Shown here: positions 29,609 to 38,600 of the stretch, piece after piece
Position numbering within the stretch: position 1 is the stretch's first letter
Layout: every line of letters starts with the position of its first letter
Translations under genes and position numbers: made by a program
From: Spirochaetota bacterium
GTDB taxonomy: Bacteria > Spirochaetota > UBA4802 > UBA5550
Length of the DNA stretch: 64,000 nt
Assembly: GCA_050298055.1 (NCBI GenBank)
Contig: JBNKTL010000001.1
Location: forward strand, 133,659-197,658
Reading direction: 5' to 3'
The notes under the pieces: generated by a model
Told to the model about the DNA's origin: nothing
Databases searched by the model: none
What the model saw: only the letters and a program-made list of their open reading frames with translations

Positions 29609-31363
29609 ATGAATAAATCAACACCCTCTTCCTCAAACCTTGACAGCGAACTCTATTCATCGGCATTTACTCTGTCCGATATGGAGATATTTATCTTTCC
29701 CGAACTTCTCTACTCACTGGTACTGGCAAATATTATGTCTCCCCGTATCTGGAAATGGAGAGACGATCCCTGGTTCCAGGACATCAGCAGACTGAACTTT
29801 AACAAAAAGATAAACAGGCTCAAGCAGTATATCATGGACAACTATCACTTTAATCTCGACCTGGAGACATGGGGCCTCACCACCCGGGAAAGGGAACTCC
29901 GGAGATTCACCGGCATTATTGATCCCGAACTTATCAGCGAATCTAACGCCCTCTTCGGATATGAAGGGGACAAATACTATTTCACTATTGACATAAGAAA
30001 ACACTTCGGGCTGGACAGGTATACGAGCAACATTATACCTTATTGGAAAACCGAAACCATTGAGGCAATGGACGCATTCAGGCACAAAGAGAATTTTACC
30101 ACGGGAGCGGGGGAGTGCGTTTCCCTCTCATCCCTTTATGCGGCCGCTCTCTTTATTGTTCTGGGAATACCCCTGAAAGATATATTCCTCATCGCCACAC
30201 CGCTCCACTCCCAGAACTTTGTGATAAAAGGGAACGGGGTCATCACAAACAACAGGAGGATACTCACCAATAGAATGTGGTATAACGGGACAATTCTGTC
30301 AGGCAAAGCAAGGAGGGCCCTTGAGAATGAACATATCACATACATAAGCCACATTACAGGTACTATCCATAAGATCTATAAAGAAGCAACTATTGACAGC
30401 GGTGAGTACGGGAGGTTTACATCCGGTCTGCAAAAATTCCTGAAAACCAGGGTCACCGGCAGAGTCTTTATCAACTTTCTGAGGGTCCGCAACCGGTACA
30501 GGAAATACTTTCAGTTCTCCTTTAATCAGGATGGCAAAGACTTATATATCACTTCTGAAAAACTCTATGAATATGAACATTCAAGCCGCTACCGGATAGA
30601 TGACAATACCCGGAAAAAGCTCTTCCTGGACATCCATACTGATGACTTCGACCTCTCCCCTCATGAGGGGAGATATATTCTCAACATACTTGAAGAGGAG
30701 ATGGATAGGAAGCCTTTTTATTGTATGAATGAATCATCCCTTGCCACATGGAGGGAGAAGCTTAAAAATATCCCTGAGCGGGATGAGCTTTTAAAGGACC
30801 TTGCGTCTTTTTCAAATACAATACCCAGGCTTCCTGATAGTGAAGAGAAGCTCTTCAGTCACCGGGACAGTGCAGAGCTCTCAATTGAAACAGGTATGGG
30901 GAGAGAAGAGATTATTGATTACCTGAGATCCATGAGGGAGAGTTCCTCTGTGGCAGACCTTTCATTCTTTGCCGGAAGGTACTGCTTAAGCAGGGAGTGG
31001 CCCTATTTTCTGAAGGCTGCCATGGAGAGAAATCCCGTTACTCTTGAGTTCTTCAAAAAGAAAAGCCTGGAAGAATCTTACCTGCTCCTTAAAGATTTCA
31101 CTAACCGGTCCATCTACTACCGGGGACAGTATGCCCAGCCCGATGAAGTTGTTAACTATAAAAGGGGAAGTTCCCTTGAGAAGGCGATAACGCTTACTTC
31201 CCTGATCCTTAACAGGGAAGGGGGTTCCCATATCCGGATTCTTTCAATAAATGAAAAAACCGAGGTTTTTTACGGAAATAATTCATTTGTTTTCACCGGG
31301 CAGATGGGATTTTCCGGAGAGTTTCGGATTTCCAAAAATGACTATGAATATAAAGACATTTAA
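29609..31363 (+). CDS. Hypothetical protein, possible transglutaminase/papain-like Cys-His domain
   Basis: 584-aa ORF; GAGECVSLSSLYAAAL...PLHSQNF; fold assignment is inference. Confidence 0.7.
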   Translation: MNKSTPSSSNLDSELYSSAFTLSDMEIFIFPELLYSLVLANIMSPRIWKWRDDPWFQDISRLNFNKKINRLKQYIMDNYHFNLDLETWGLTTRERELRRFTGIIDPELISESNALFGYEGDKYYFTIDIRKHFGLDRYTSNIIPYWKTETIEAMDAFRHKENFTTGAGECVSLSSLYAAALFIVLGIPLKDIFLIATPLHSQNFVIKGNGVITNNRRILTNRMWYNGTILSGKARRALENEHITYISHITGTIHKIYKEATIDSGEYGRFTSGLQKFLKTRVTGRVFINFLRVRNRYRKYFQFSFNQDGKDLYITSEKLYEYEHSSRYRIDDNTRKKLFLDIHTDDFDLSPHEGRYILNILEEEMDRKPFYCMNESSLATWREKLKNIPERDELLKDLASFSNTIPRLPDSEEKLFSHRDSAELSIETGMGREEIIDYLRSMRESSSVADLSFFAGRYCLSREWPYFLKAAMERNPVTLEFFKKKSLEESYLLLKDFTNRSIYYRGQYAQPDEVVNYKRGSSLEKAITLTSLILNREGGSHIRILSINEKTEVFYGNNSFVFTGQMGFSGEFRISKNDYEYKDI

Positions 31364-31545
31364 TCCCCCGGCCTTCGGCCACCCCTTTAATAAAGGGGCT
31401 CATTATTTCAGAACATTATGTTTAGTAAAGAGAGTTAGTCTAACGGGCTCCCCTTTGCGAAAGGTCGGCTTTTTCGCGCCTTCCTTGCGCTGTGCCGACA
31501 GGTTACTTCCTGTAATCTCGGGAGCTGCCGGAGGCTGAGGGGATT
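31362..31545. repeat. Family B composite palindromic element, copy 2 (one nested module)
   Basis: TTTAATCCCC...GGGGATTAAA ends; CCCCTTTAATAAAGGGG hairpin; the left end includes the upstream gene's TAA. Confidence 0.85.
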
Positions 31546-31651
31546 AAAACGACCCTGTTTTTTTAAGAATGTATATTTCCAAAAAAAATATTGTAATTTT
31601 TCACTATATGGTTTACTGATAAATTAACCATTCAATCCAGCGGGGTATGAC

Positions 31652-33475
31652 ATGAACAGGACAAAAATCCTCATTCCGGTATTCATCCTTCTCCTCTTTT
31701 CTCTTTTTTCCGGCGGCACTTATTCCCAGAGCCAATATGTGATTGCCGTTATAGACTTCAAAAATTCCACGGGAGAGAGCAAAAACGATTACCTGAAGGA
31801 AGCCGTTCCCGAAATCCTTGCAACAAACCTGGCCCGGTCAGACAGGATCACCGTTCTTGAAAGAGACAGGGTGAGAAAGATCCTTAAGGAGAGCGGTCTG
31901 ATAATGTCCGGCGTTACCGAAGGGGACCTGTCAAAGATAGGCAAGCTCCTTTCGGCAAAACAGCTTGTATCCGGCTCCATTATCAGGACCGGCGCGAATT
32001 TCAGAATAGATGTGAGGATAACAGATACCGGCAGCGGGAAGATCCTTGCCGCAGAGAAAAAGAGGTGCGGAACTGTAGATGAGATTATCGATGCAGTGGA
32101 TATCCTCTCCGTGAGGCTTGTAAAGGCAATAACCGGAACATCCCTTACACTGGTTGAACCGGAACCGGGAAACGAAAGCGATATTATTAAGGGAAACTAT
32201 ATCGACCTGGAGGTAATGCAGCAGAACAGGTACTACAGTTCCGGGGAGAAGTCCTTCTACATCAGGGCGGGTTTTCTGGCACGGGAGGTTAAAAGAAAAA
32301 AGAAAAGAGTCCCACTCAATATCGCTGTTGTGCTGGACAGAAGCGGTTCAATGGCACAGGAGGACAAGCTCGCCAATGCCAAGAAAGCAATTAAATTCAT
32401 CATTAAAAACCTGGGGAAGAAGGACATCATATCCATTGTAACATATGACGACAGGGTAAAGGTCCCCGTGCTCCCCGTTAAAGGAAGTGAAAAAAACAGG
32501 CTGATCAAACTGGTGGATGAGATCTCAACCGGCGGAAGCACTAACCTGAGCGGAGGCCTTATGGAGGGGTACAACCAGGTAAAAGTGAATTACAGCAGTG
32601 GCCGCATCAACAGGGTCCTCCTGATATCCGACGGCCTGGCCAATGTGGGGATCAGGGATCCCCGGATGATAGAAAAGATCGTCCAGACAAAATCCCGGGA
32701 CAGTATAACTGTTTCATCCTTTGGTGTGGGAAAATACTTCAATGAAAAACTGCTTACCGGTATTGCCGAATATGGCAATGCCAACTACTATTATATTGAT
32801 GAATCGGATAAGATCCCTGAAATATTCTCAAGGGAGCTTGCAGGGCTTCTGGCAGTGGCAGCACAGAATGCACGCATTGAAATAAAGGGGCTTAACGGGG
32901 CAACGGTAAAGAGAGTTTTCGGATATAAATACAAAACAGTAGATAATAACACTGAAGTCAGGATGGGGGACATTGTTTCCGAGGAGAAAAAGATAGCACT
33001 GGCTGAGATCGTCCTCCCCGAAACCCAAAAATCCAATCTGAAAATTGCAGAGTTGGTATTCTCCTATGACGATTCAATCTCCGATTTCAGAAGGGTCGTA
33101 AAGAGATCAAACATTGTGATTTCCCATACTGCCGATTCAAAACTCATAGCCGCCAGTCGCAATCCTTCGGTTGTCAGGGACATTGAAATGTTCCGTTCGT
33201 CGGAACTCATGGAAAAGACCATGGATATGGTTGACAGGGGAGATGTTGAGGGTGCGCGAAAGATGATAGATAAAAACCTCAGCAGGGTCAGGTCTGTGAT
33301 AAACAGGTACCAGTCCAGGGAAATGAAAAAACAGGCCCTCAATATCATTGAGTACAGGACAAAGCTTGACAGGTACAGGTTGTCCCCTTCGGAGGCAGCG
33401 GGAAGTTCGGATTCGTTCTATAAAATGCAGAAATCCAGCAGGAGCAAACAGTACATGCTGAGAAAGAAGAAATGA
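31652..33475 (+). CDS. Exported CsgG/FlgO-like N-terminal domain plus vWA domain protein
   Basis: Signal peptide; IAVIDF...LER..V.KIL.E...IGKLL.A (CsgG/TolB-N-like); MIDAS DRSGS, GGSTN, ISDG. Confidence 0.8.
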   Translation: MNRTKILIPVFILLLFSLFSGGTYSQSQYVIAVIDFKNSTGESKNDYLKEAVPEILATNLARSDRITVLERDRVRKILKESGLIMSGVTEGDLSKIGKLLSAKQLVSGSIIRTGANFRIDVRITDTGSGKILAAEKKRCGTVDEIIDAVDILSVRLVKAITGTSLTLVEPEPGNESDIIKGNYIDLEVMQQNRYYSSGEKSFYIRAGFLAREVKRKKKRVPLNIAVVLDRSGSMAQEDKLANAKKAIKFIIKNLGKKDIISIVTYDDRVKVPVLPVKGSEKNRLIKLVDEISTGGSTNLSGGLMEGYNQVKVNYSSGRINRVLLISDGLANVGIRDPRMIEKIVQTKSRDSITVSSFGVGKYFNEKLLTGIAEYGNANYYYIDESDKIPEIFSRELAGLLAVAAQNARIEIKGLNGATVKRVFGYKYKTVDNNTEVRMGDIVSEEKKIALAEIVLPETQKSNLKIAELVFSYDDSISDFRRVVKRSNIVISHTADSKLIAASRNPSVVRDIEMFRSSELMEKTMDMVDRGDVEGARKMIDKNLSRVRSVINRYQSREMKKQALNIIEYRTKLDRYRLSPSEAAGSSDSFYKMQKSSRSKQYMLRKKK

Positions 33476-33485
33476 ATTTTGCTAA

Positions 33486-34634
33486 TTAAAACGCTATGCT
33501 CAGGAACGCGATATCATCATTTCTCTCATCAATATTTGTAAATTGACTCACTTCACTGAGAATCGCGTTACAGAAATCATCTCCGTGAATTCCGGAATTT
33601 TTTATTATGGATTTTGCCAGCCGGTTCTCTCCATACTCTTCATCTTCGCTGTTCTTGATTTCTGTAATCCCGTCAGTATAAAGAAAAAGCCTGTCTCCCT
33701 CTTCCACTGAAAGTGATTTTGCTTCATAGCTGTTCTGGTCTGATATCCCGAGAAAAAATCCTTTTGAATCGAGACCCAGCATCCTGTTTTTGGATGCCCG
33801 GTAATAGAGGACCTTGGTATGCCCTGCATTGGTAAAGTGAATTTTTTTATTTTTGTTATCATAAATGATGTAAAAGGATGTTACATACTGGTTATCCAGA
33901 ATAAGTCCCCGTATGCTCCTGTTTACCACATCCATCATTTTATCAGGAGCATCATAATCGGCAGAGTAGACATCAAAAATCATCTTTGACATGGTCATGA
34001 TCAATGCAGCCGGGATCCCGTGACCAACAACATCTGCAATGAGAAAACCGTACTTATCGTCAGGCAGCTGGTAGCAGTCAAAAAAATCTCCCCCGATATC
34101 CTCTATGGGGAGATACCTGCCGCTGACAACCGGATATTCTATATGCGAAAAGTCTTTTGGTATGATATATTGCTGGACCCTCTTTGCAAGCTCCATCTCC
34201 TTCTTGATCTGCATGTTTTTACGGTACAACTCATCATGGGTCCATTTGAGCCTGAGGAGGGAGAGGACCCTGGCCACAAGTTCCTTTTCATTGAGGGGTT
34301 TCAGCAGAAAATCATCTGCCCCGATCCTGAGGCCTTTTATCTTCGAGTTGAGGTCATCGGTACCGGTCATGAGGATGACAGGTATAAAATTCTCCCCGGT
34401 ATGTTCTTTGACCCGGGAGAGAAATCCAAAACCGTCAAGGTTCGGCATGATTATATCAACAAGAACAAGATCATAATTCTCCTTTTTCATCGCCTCAAGG
34501 CCTTCCTGCCCGTCTGTTGCTTCATCAACAATAAAATTGAGCTGTGAGAGGGCGTTTTTGATTACTGCCCTGCTTAACCTGCTGTCATCGATTGCAAGGA
34601 TCTTCCAGACCCTGTTGAGATAATCCATCTGCAT
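33486..34634 (-). CDS. Response regulator receiver plus PP2C/SpoIIE phosphatase (RsbU-like)
   Basis: IDDS, DIIMP, KP; GGDFFD, IADVVGHG, NAGH, YTDG, DDI. Confidence 0.93.
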   Translation of the reverse strand: MQMDYLNRVWKILAIDDSRLSRAVIKNALSQLNFIVDEATDGQEGLEAMKKENYDLVLVDIIMPNLDGFGFLSRVKEHTGENFIPVILMTGTDDLNSKIKGLRIGADDFLLKPLNEKELVARVLSLLRLKWTHDELYRKNMQIKKEMELAKRVQQYIIPKDFSHIEYPVVSGRYLPIEDIGGDFFDCYQLPDDKYGFLIADVVGHGIPAALIMTMSKMIFDVYSADYDAPDKMMDVVNRSIRGLILDNQYVTSFYIIYDNKNKKIHFTNAGHTKVLYYRASKNRMLGLDSKGFFLGISDQNSYEAKSLSVEEGDRLFLYTDGITEIKNSEDEEYGENRLAKSIIKNSGIHGDDFCNAILSEVSQFTNIDERNDDIAFLSIAF

Positions 34635-34727
34635 ATATTAATACCTGTATTCGTGTATCTTGATAGATATTCAGTAACTCCCATCAGAAAATATAAACAT
34701 TAAATATTTTTCAAGCAATAATAATTA

Positions 34728-34865
34728 ATTTGAATTAGCCATATGGCTATAATTAATCTTGATTACTAAAATATCAACAAGATGTCCCCGCCTCCGAAGG
34801 CGGCGGGGACATCTCAGTTATTTTTAATGAATATAATTATTCATATACTAAGTTTGGGAAGCTAC
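34728..34865 (+). repeat. Family A MITE-like element, copy 5
   Basis: AGATGTCCCCGCCTCC-GAA-GGCGGCGGGGACATCT (34780-34814); both arms homologous to other copies, termini decayed. Confidence 0.85.
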
Positions 34866-34960
34866 TATTTTAATTGCTCTGTATTTATTGACCCAGAAGT
34901 GCAGTATTAGCCCCTGTAATGACTTTTTACTCTTTACAAAAAAGTCGTGTTTGTCACTAT

Positions 34961-35866
34961 ATGATGATGTCATCAAAAAAGAAAATTCTTCTCATAGCCA
35001 ACCCCTATTCTGCGGGGAAAAAAGGAAAAAGGACCATTCCCCTTGTGGAAAAAAGACTCAGGGAGTCGGGTATCAGCTACTACCTCAGGATAACTGAGTA
35101 TCCCGGCCATGCATATGAGATTGTTAAGAAAAGTGAAATCCGGGAATACAATGCTATTGTATCCCTGGGTGGTGACGGAACAAATTATGAAGTCCTTAAC
35201 GGTCTTATTAAAAACCACAATATTAAGGATATCCCCCCGCTTGGAATAATACCCGTAGGAAGGGGGAATTCATTCGCGCGTGACCTGGATATCTTTACAA
35301 CCGAAGATGGGATCTCATCTCTTATAAAGAAAAGGACGCGAGATGTTGATGTCTGCAGATACACACAGGAGGGAGAGGACTATTATTTTGTCAATCTCAT
35401 GGGATTCGGATTTGTCACAGATGCTGCAAAAACAGCCGCTTCCTTCAAATGGCTTGGAGACCTGAGCTATGTTCTGGGGGTGCTTCACAGGACTCTCGGT
35501 CTCAGGTTTCACCGGCTGGAGATGGAGATAGACGGGAAAAAATATACCGGGAAAAACTGCTTCGTAGAGATCTGCAATTCCCGGTATACCGGAGGTACAA
35601 TGCTCATGTCTCCCGGATCGGAGATTGATGACGGCTATATGGACCTTGTTGTTCTCTCAGAACTGTCCAGATGGAGCCTGATCAAGACCTTCCCGAAGAT
35701 CTTCAAAGGAACACACCTTTCTCATCCTGCCATAGAATATATCCGATGCAAAAAAGTAAAGGTCAGGACGACCCCTTCAAAACAACTTCTCCCCGATGGT
35801 GAATTGAGCGGCACAACCCCCACAGAGGTGGACATTCTTCCGAAACATGTGAGGTATCTCTGTTGA
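34961..35866 (+). CDS. Diacylglycerol/lipid kinase family protein (YegS/DgkB-like)
   Basis: NPYSAG, GGDGT, PVGRGNSF, DDG, DGE. Confidence 0.92.
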   Translation: MMMSSKKKILLIANPYSAGKKGKRTIPLVEKRLRESGISYYLRITEYPGHAYEIVKKSEIREYNAIVSLGGDGTNYEVLNGLIKNHNIKDIPPLGIIPVGRGNSFARDLDIFTTEDGISSLIKKRTRDVDVCRYTQEGEDYYFVNLMGFGFVTDAAKTAASFKWLGDLSYVLGVLHRTLGLRFHRLEMEIDGKKYTGKNCFVEICNSRYTGGTMLMSPGSEIDDGYMDLVVLSELSRWSLIKTFPKIFKGTHLSHPAIEYIRCKKVKVRTTPSKQLLPDGELSGTTPTEVDILPKHVRYLC

Positions 35867-36591
35867 AGATAATAAAATCGATACTTCTCTGGACTGCGGG
35901 GACACTCTACTTCCTCCTGATTTTTCCGGTATTATCATTCCTGATCATTACGGGAGATCCTGACCGGGTATACCAGATAGTCAGGAAGTTCTTTAAGGTC
36001 ATGCTTTTTCTTGTAAGATTAAAGCTTCTTGTCTCCGGGTATGAAAATTTTGACAGGGAGAAGAACTACCTCATAATGGGAAACCATGAGAGCCTCTTTG
36101 ATGTCTTTGCCGTCCCCATTGCAATTCCTATGAGAATTATTGCCGTTGAAGCTGCCGGCCACTTCAAGATCCCCCTGTGGGGTTATATCACAAAAAAATG
36201 GGGGAATATTCCCATAATGCGAAAAAACCTCAAGGAAGCAATAAAGAGTCTTGAGAAAGCCCGAAATATCATCAAAAAAAACGTATCTCTGGTGGTTCTT
36301 CCGGAGGGGGGGAGGACCATAACCGGTGATATAAAGGAGTTCAAGAAGGGCCCGTTCTACCTTGCACTGGAAGCCAGAACCGATATTCTCCCCTTTGCCA
36401 TGAGCGGACTCTATGAATTCAAAAGCAAAAACAGCTGGCTTATTAACCCGGGAGAAGCCCGTATCATCTTTGGCGAGCCGATCCCTTACCAAAGCTTCAA
36501 AAACCTCTCTGTGGAAGAGCTCAGGGAACTCGTCCGGGAAAGGATCGTTGAATTGAAAAATACAATAAAAGAGAAGAAGCCCCTAACCTGA
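35863..36591 (+). CDS. Lysophospholipid acyltransferase (PlsC family)
   Basis: NHESLFD, LPEGGRT, FKKGPF; overlaps the kinase stop. Confidence 0.92.
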   Translation: MKIIKSILLWTAGTLYFLLIFPVLSFLIITGDPDRVYQIVRKFFKVMLFLVRLKLLVSGYENFDREKNYLIMGNHESLFDVFAVPIAIPMRIIAVEAAGHFKIPLWGYITKKWGNIPIMRKNLKEAIKSLEKARNIIKKNVSLVVLPEGGRTITGDIKEFKKGPFYLALEARTDILPFAMSGLYEFKSKNSWLINPGEARIIFGEPIPYQSFKNLSVEELRELVRERIVELKNTIKEKKPLT

Positions 36592-37428
36592 GATATATCC
36601 CTCAATTTCATCGTTTAACCAGGCTATGGCCTTCACGGCCGCCTCTTTGTAGCAGGTCCCGGGGAACCGTTTATACGCATAGTTAATGCCGCTGGAAGAA
36701 TTTATTCTGTGGATCCTGATATCGCCGGAACTTTTCAGTATTTCAATGACAGATTTGAGGTCCCCCCCCTGGGACCCGATACCGGGAATGAGAAGAGGGA
36801 CCTCATTCCCCGAATTGCTGAATTTGTCCCACAGCTCCTTCAGCTGTTCCGGGTAGGTGGCCCCGATAACGGAACCCACACCGGGTTTATACCACTTCAG
36901 GACCATATCCGCCACATGCATATAGAGGGGTGCTTCCCTGTACTCAATATCCTGGAGGTCCCCCGATGAATTGTTTGATGTCTTTGTAAGGATATAGCAG
37001 CCTTTTTCAGGATATGAGTCGGTAAACGGGCTGATAGAATCTCGGCCCATATAGGGAGAGAGCGTAACGGCATCGGTCATGAAGAAATCGAATGCCTCCG
37101 AGGCGTAAGCCCGTGCGGTTTTTCCGATATCTCCCCTCTTCACATCAAGAATGACCGGTATCCCCTCATTCCTGTAGAGATCAATGAGCCTCTTGAGGGT
37201 CTCGATACCTTCAAGGCCATACTGGGCATAAAATGCGTAGTTCGGTTTTACCGAAGCGGGAAATGTCTTCTTTTTGATGATTTCGTTGAGAATATTTTCA
37301 TAAAAGCGGAATATCCTCTCCCCGGTGTCTCCCTCTAAGGGGATTTCGTCAAGAACAGGGTCCATTCCCATGCAAACGATACTTTTGTATTTATCAGATG
37401 TGATCTTCAGTTGGTCCAGATAGTTCAT
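36583..37428 (-). CDS. pyrF: Orotidine-5'-phosphate decarboxylase
   Basis: CMGMDP, KPN, DVKRGDIGKT, SPYMG.DS, GAT, PGIGSQGG. Confidence 0.95.
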   Translation of the reverse strand: MNYLDQLKITSDKYKSIVCMGMDPVLDEIPLEGDTGERIFRFYENILNEIIKKKTFPASVKPNYAFYAQYGLEGIETLKRLIDLYRNEGIPVILDVKRGDIGKTARAYASEAFDFFMTDAVTLSPYMGRDSISPFTDSYPEKGCYILTKTSNNSSGDLQDIEYREAPLYMHVADMVLKWYKPGVGSVIGATYPEQLKELWDKFSNSGNEVPLLIPGIGSQGGDLKSVIEILKSSGDIRIHRINSSSGINYAYKRFPGTCYKEAAVKAIAWLNDEIEGYISG

Positions 37429-37465
37429 TATATCAGTCCTTTTATGGATTTTCTTTTCCTTTTAT

Positions 37466-37537
37466 CCCCCTAACCCCCAAAGGGGGCACAAGAAAGTTCA
37501 GGCATGAAATCTTACGCCCCCTCAGGGGGATGGGGGG
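37466..37537. repeat. Family C REPIN-like inverted doublet, copy 1
   Basis: CCCCCTAACCCCCAAAGGGGGCACAAGA...TCTTACGCCCCCTCAGGGGGATGGGGGG. Confidence 0.8.
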
Positions 37538-37542
37538 CTCTC

Positions 37543-38079
37543 TTACTTCTTAATACTCTTAATATATTCAGTATAGATTTTATAACTCCCGCTGTCAAAG
37601 AGAACAAAGTAAACATCAAGGGGATAGTTATTGTTCTCCATGAACTCAAGTACCGTCTCAACGGCAACACTGCAAGCCTCTTCCCGGGGATAGTTATAAA
37701 CCCCCGTTGATATTGCCGGGAAAGAAATTGATTTGAGCCCTTTCTCCATTGCAAGGCACAGGGAGTTTCGGTATGAGTTTGTGAGGATTTCCTTCTCACC
37801 ACTCTGACCGTCACGGTAGATTGGCCCCGGTGTATGAATAACATATTTTGCACTGAGCTTATGTCCGCCTGTTATCCTTGCTTCTCCGAAATTGCATCCT
37901 CCCAGCGGTCTGCATTCTTCAAGAAGTCCGGGGCCTGCCGCCCTGTGAATTGCACCATCCACACCCCCGCCTCCCAGAAGGGAAGGGTTTGCCGCGTTTA
38001 CAATGACATCGGTAGACTCCTTTGTAATATCTCCCTGTTTAACATGGATCCTGTCAATGAGTTCACTTTTGCTGCTCAT
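37543..38079 (-). CDS. Macro-domain O-acetyl-ADP-ribose deacetylase (YmdB-like)
   Basis: GDIT, VNAAN..LLGGGGVDGAIHRAAG, HTPGP, FPAISTGVY; start ATG 38079. Confidence 0.93.
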   Translation of the reverse strand: MSSKSELIDRIHVKQGDITKESTDVIVNAANPSLLGGGGVDGAIHRAAGPGLLEECRPLGGCNFGEARITGGHKLSAKYVIHTPGPIYRDGQSGEKEILTNSYRNSLCLAMEKGLKSISFPAISTGVYNYPREEACSVAVETVLEFMENNNYPLDVYFVLFDSGSYKIYTEYIKSIKK

Positions 38080-38190
38080 ACAATCCCCCGGTTTTAAAAT
38101 AAGTAAAGTCCTTATAGTCATTTTACCAATTTTTATCAATAGAAATTTGTAATGAGTCATACCAATGGTTAAAAATAATTTTAAGATTTC

Positions 38191-38422
38191 TGTCATAGCG
38201 AGCGAAGCGTGGCTCATCTCGATACGATCCTGCTAATAGTTTACCGTAAACGGGGATCTCAATATGCAGGATCACTCGATGAGCACCTGTACTTCGACTG
38301 CATGATTTGCTACAAAATCATGCGGGCTCAACACTAGTTGTGTTCCCCGAGTAATTTGCCGCTTTATTAATACAGTGCTTTATGCTCTTTATAAAGAGCG
38401 GCAAATTGTATCGAGGGGAACA
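38191..38422. repeat. Mosaic of REP-like palindromic modules (family D and others)
   Basis: GTCATAGCGAGCGAAGCGTGGC; CTCGATAC-[hairpin]-ACTCG; GTACTTCGAC-[hairpin]-GGGCTCA; CGAGT-[hairpin]-GTATCGAG bracketed by TGTTCCCC/GGGGAACA. Confidence 0.75.
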
Positions 38423-38600
38423 GGTAATTTATAATTATGGATATCTACTGTTTAAATAAATGTATGAAATTACCGGTTTACTCAGCTGAATAGTATATTA
38501 ATTTCAATAGTAAGTGTTTTCTCCTTTAATTATTTATTGCTTTTTTCTATATTGAAACGGTATAATTATTACACTAAATATACCGGCACCGGATTTATTA

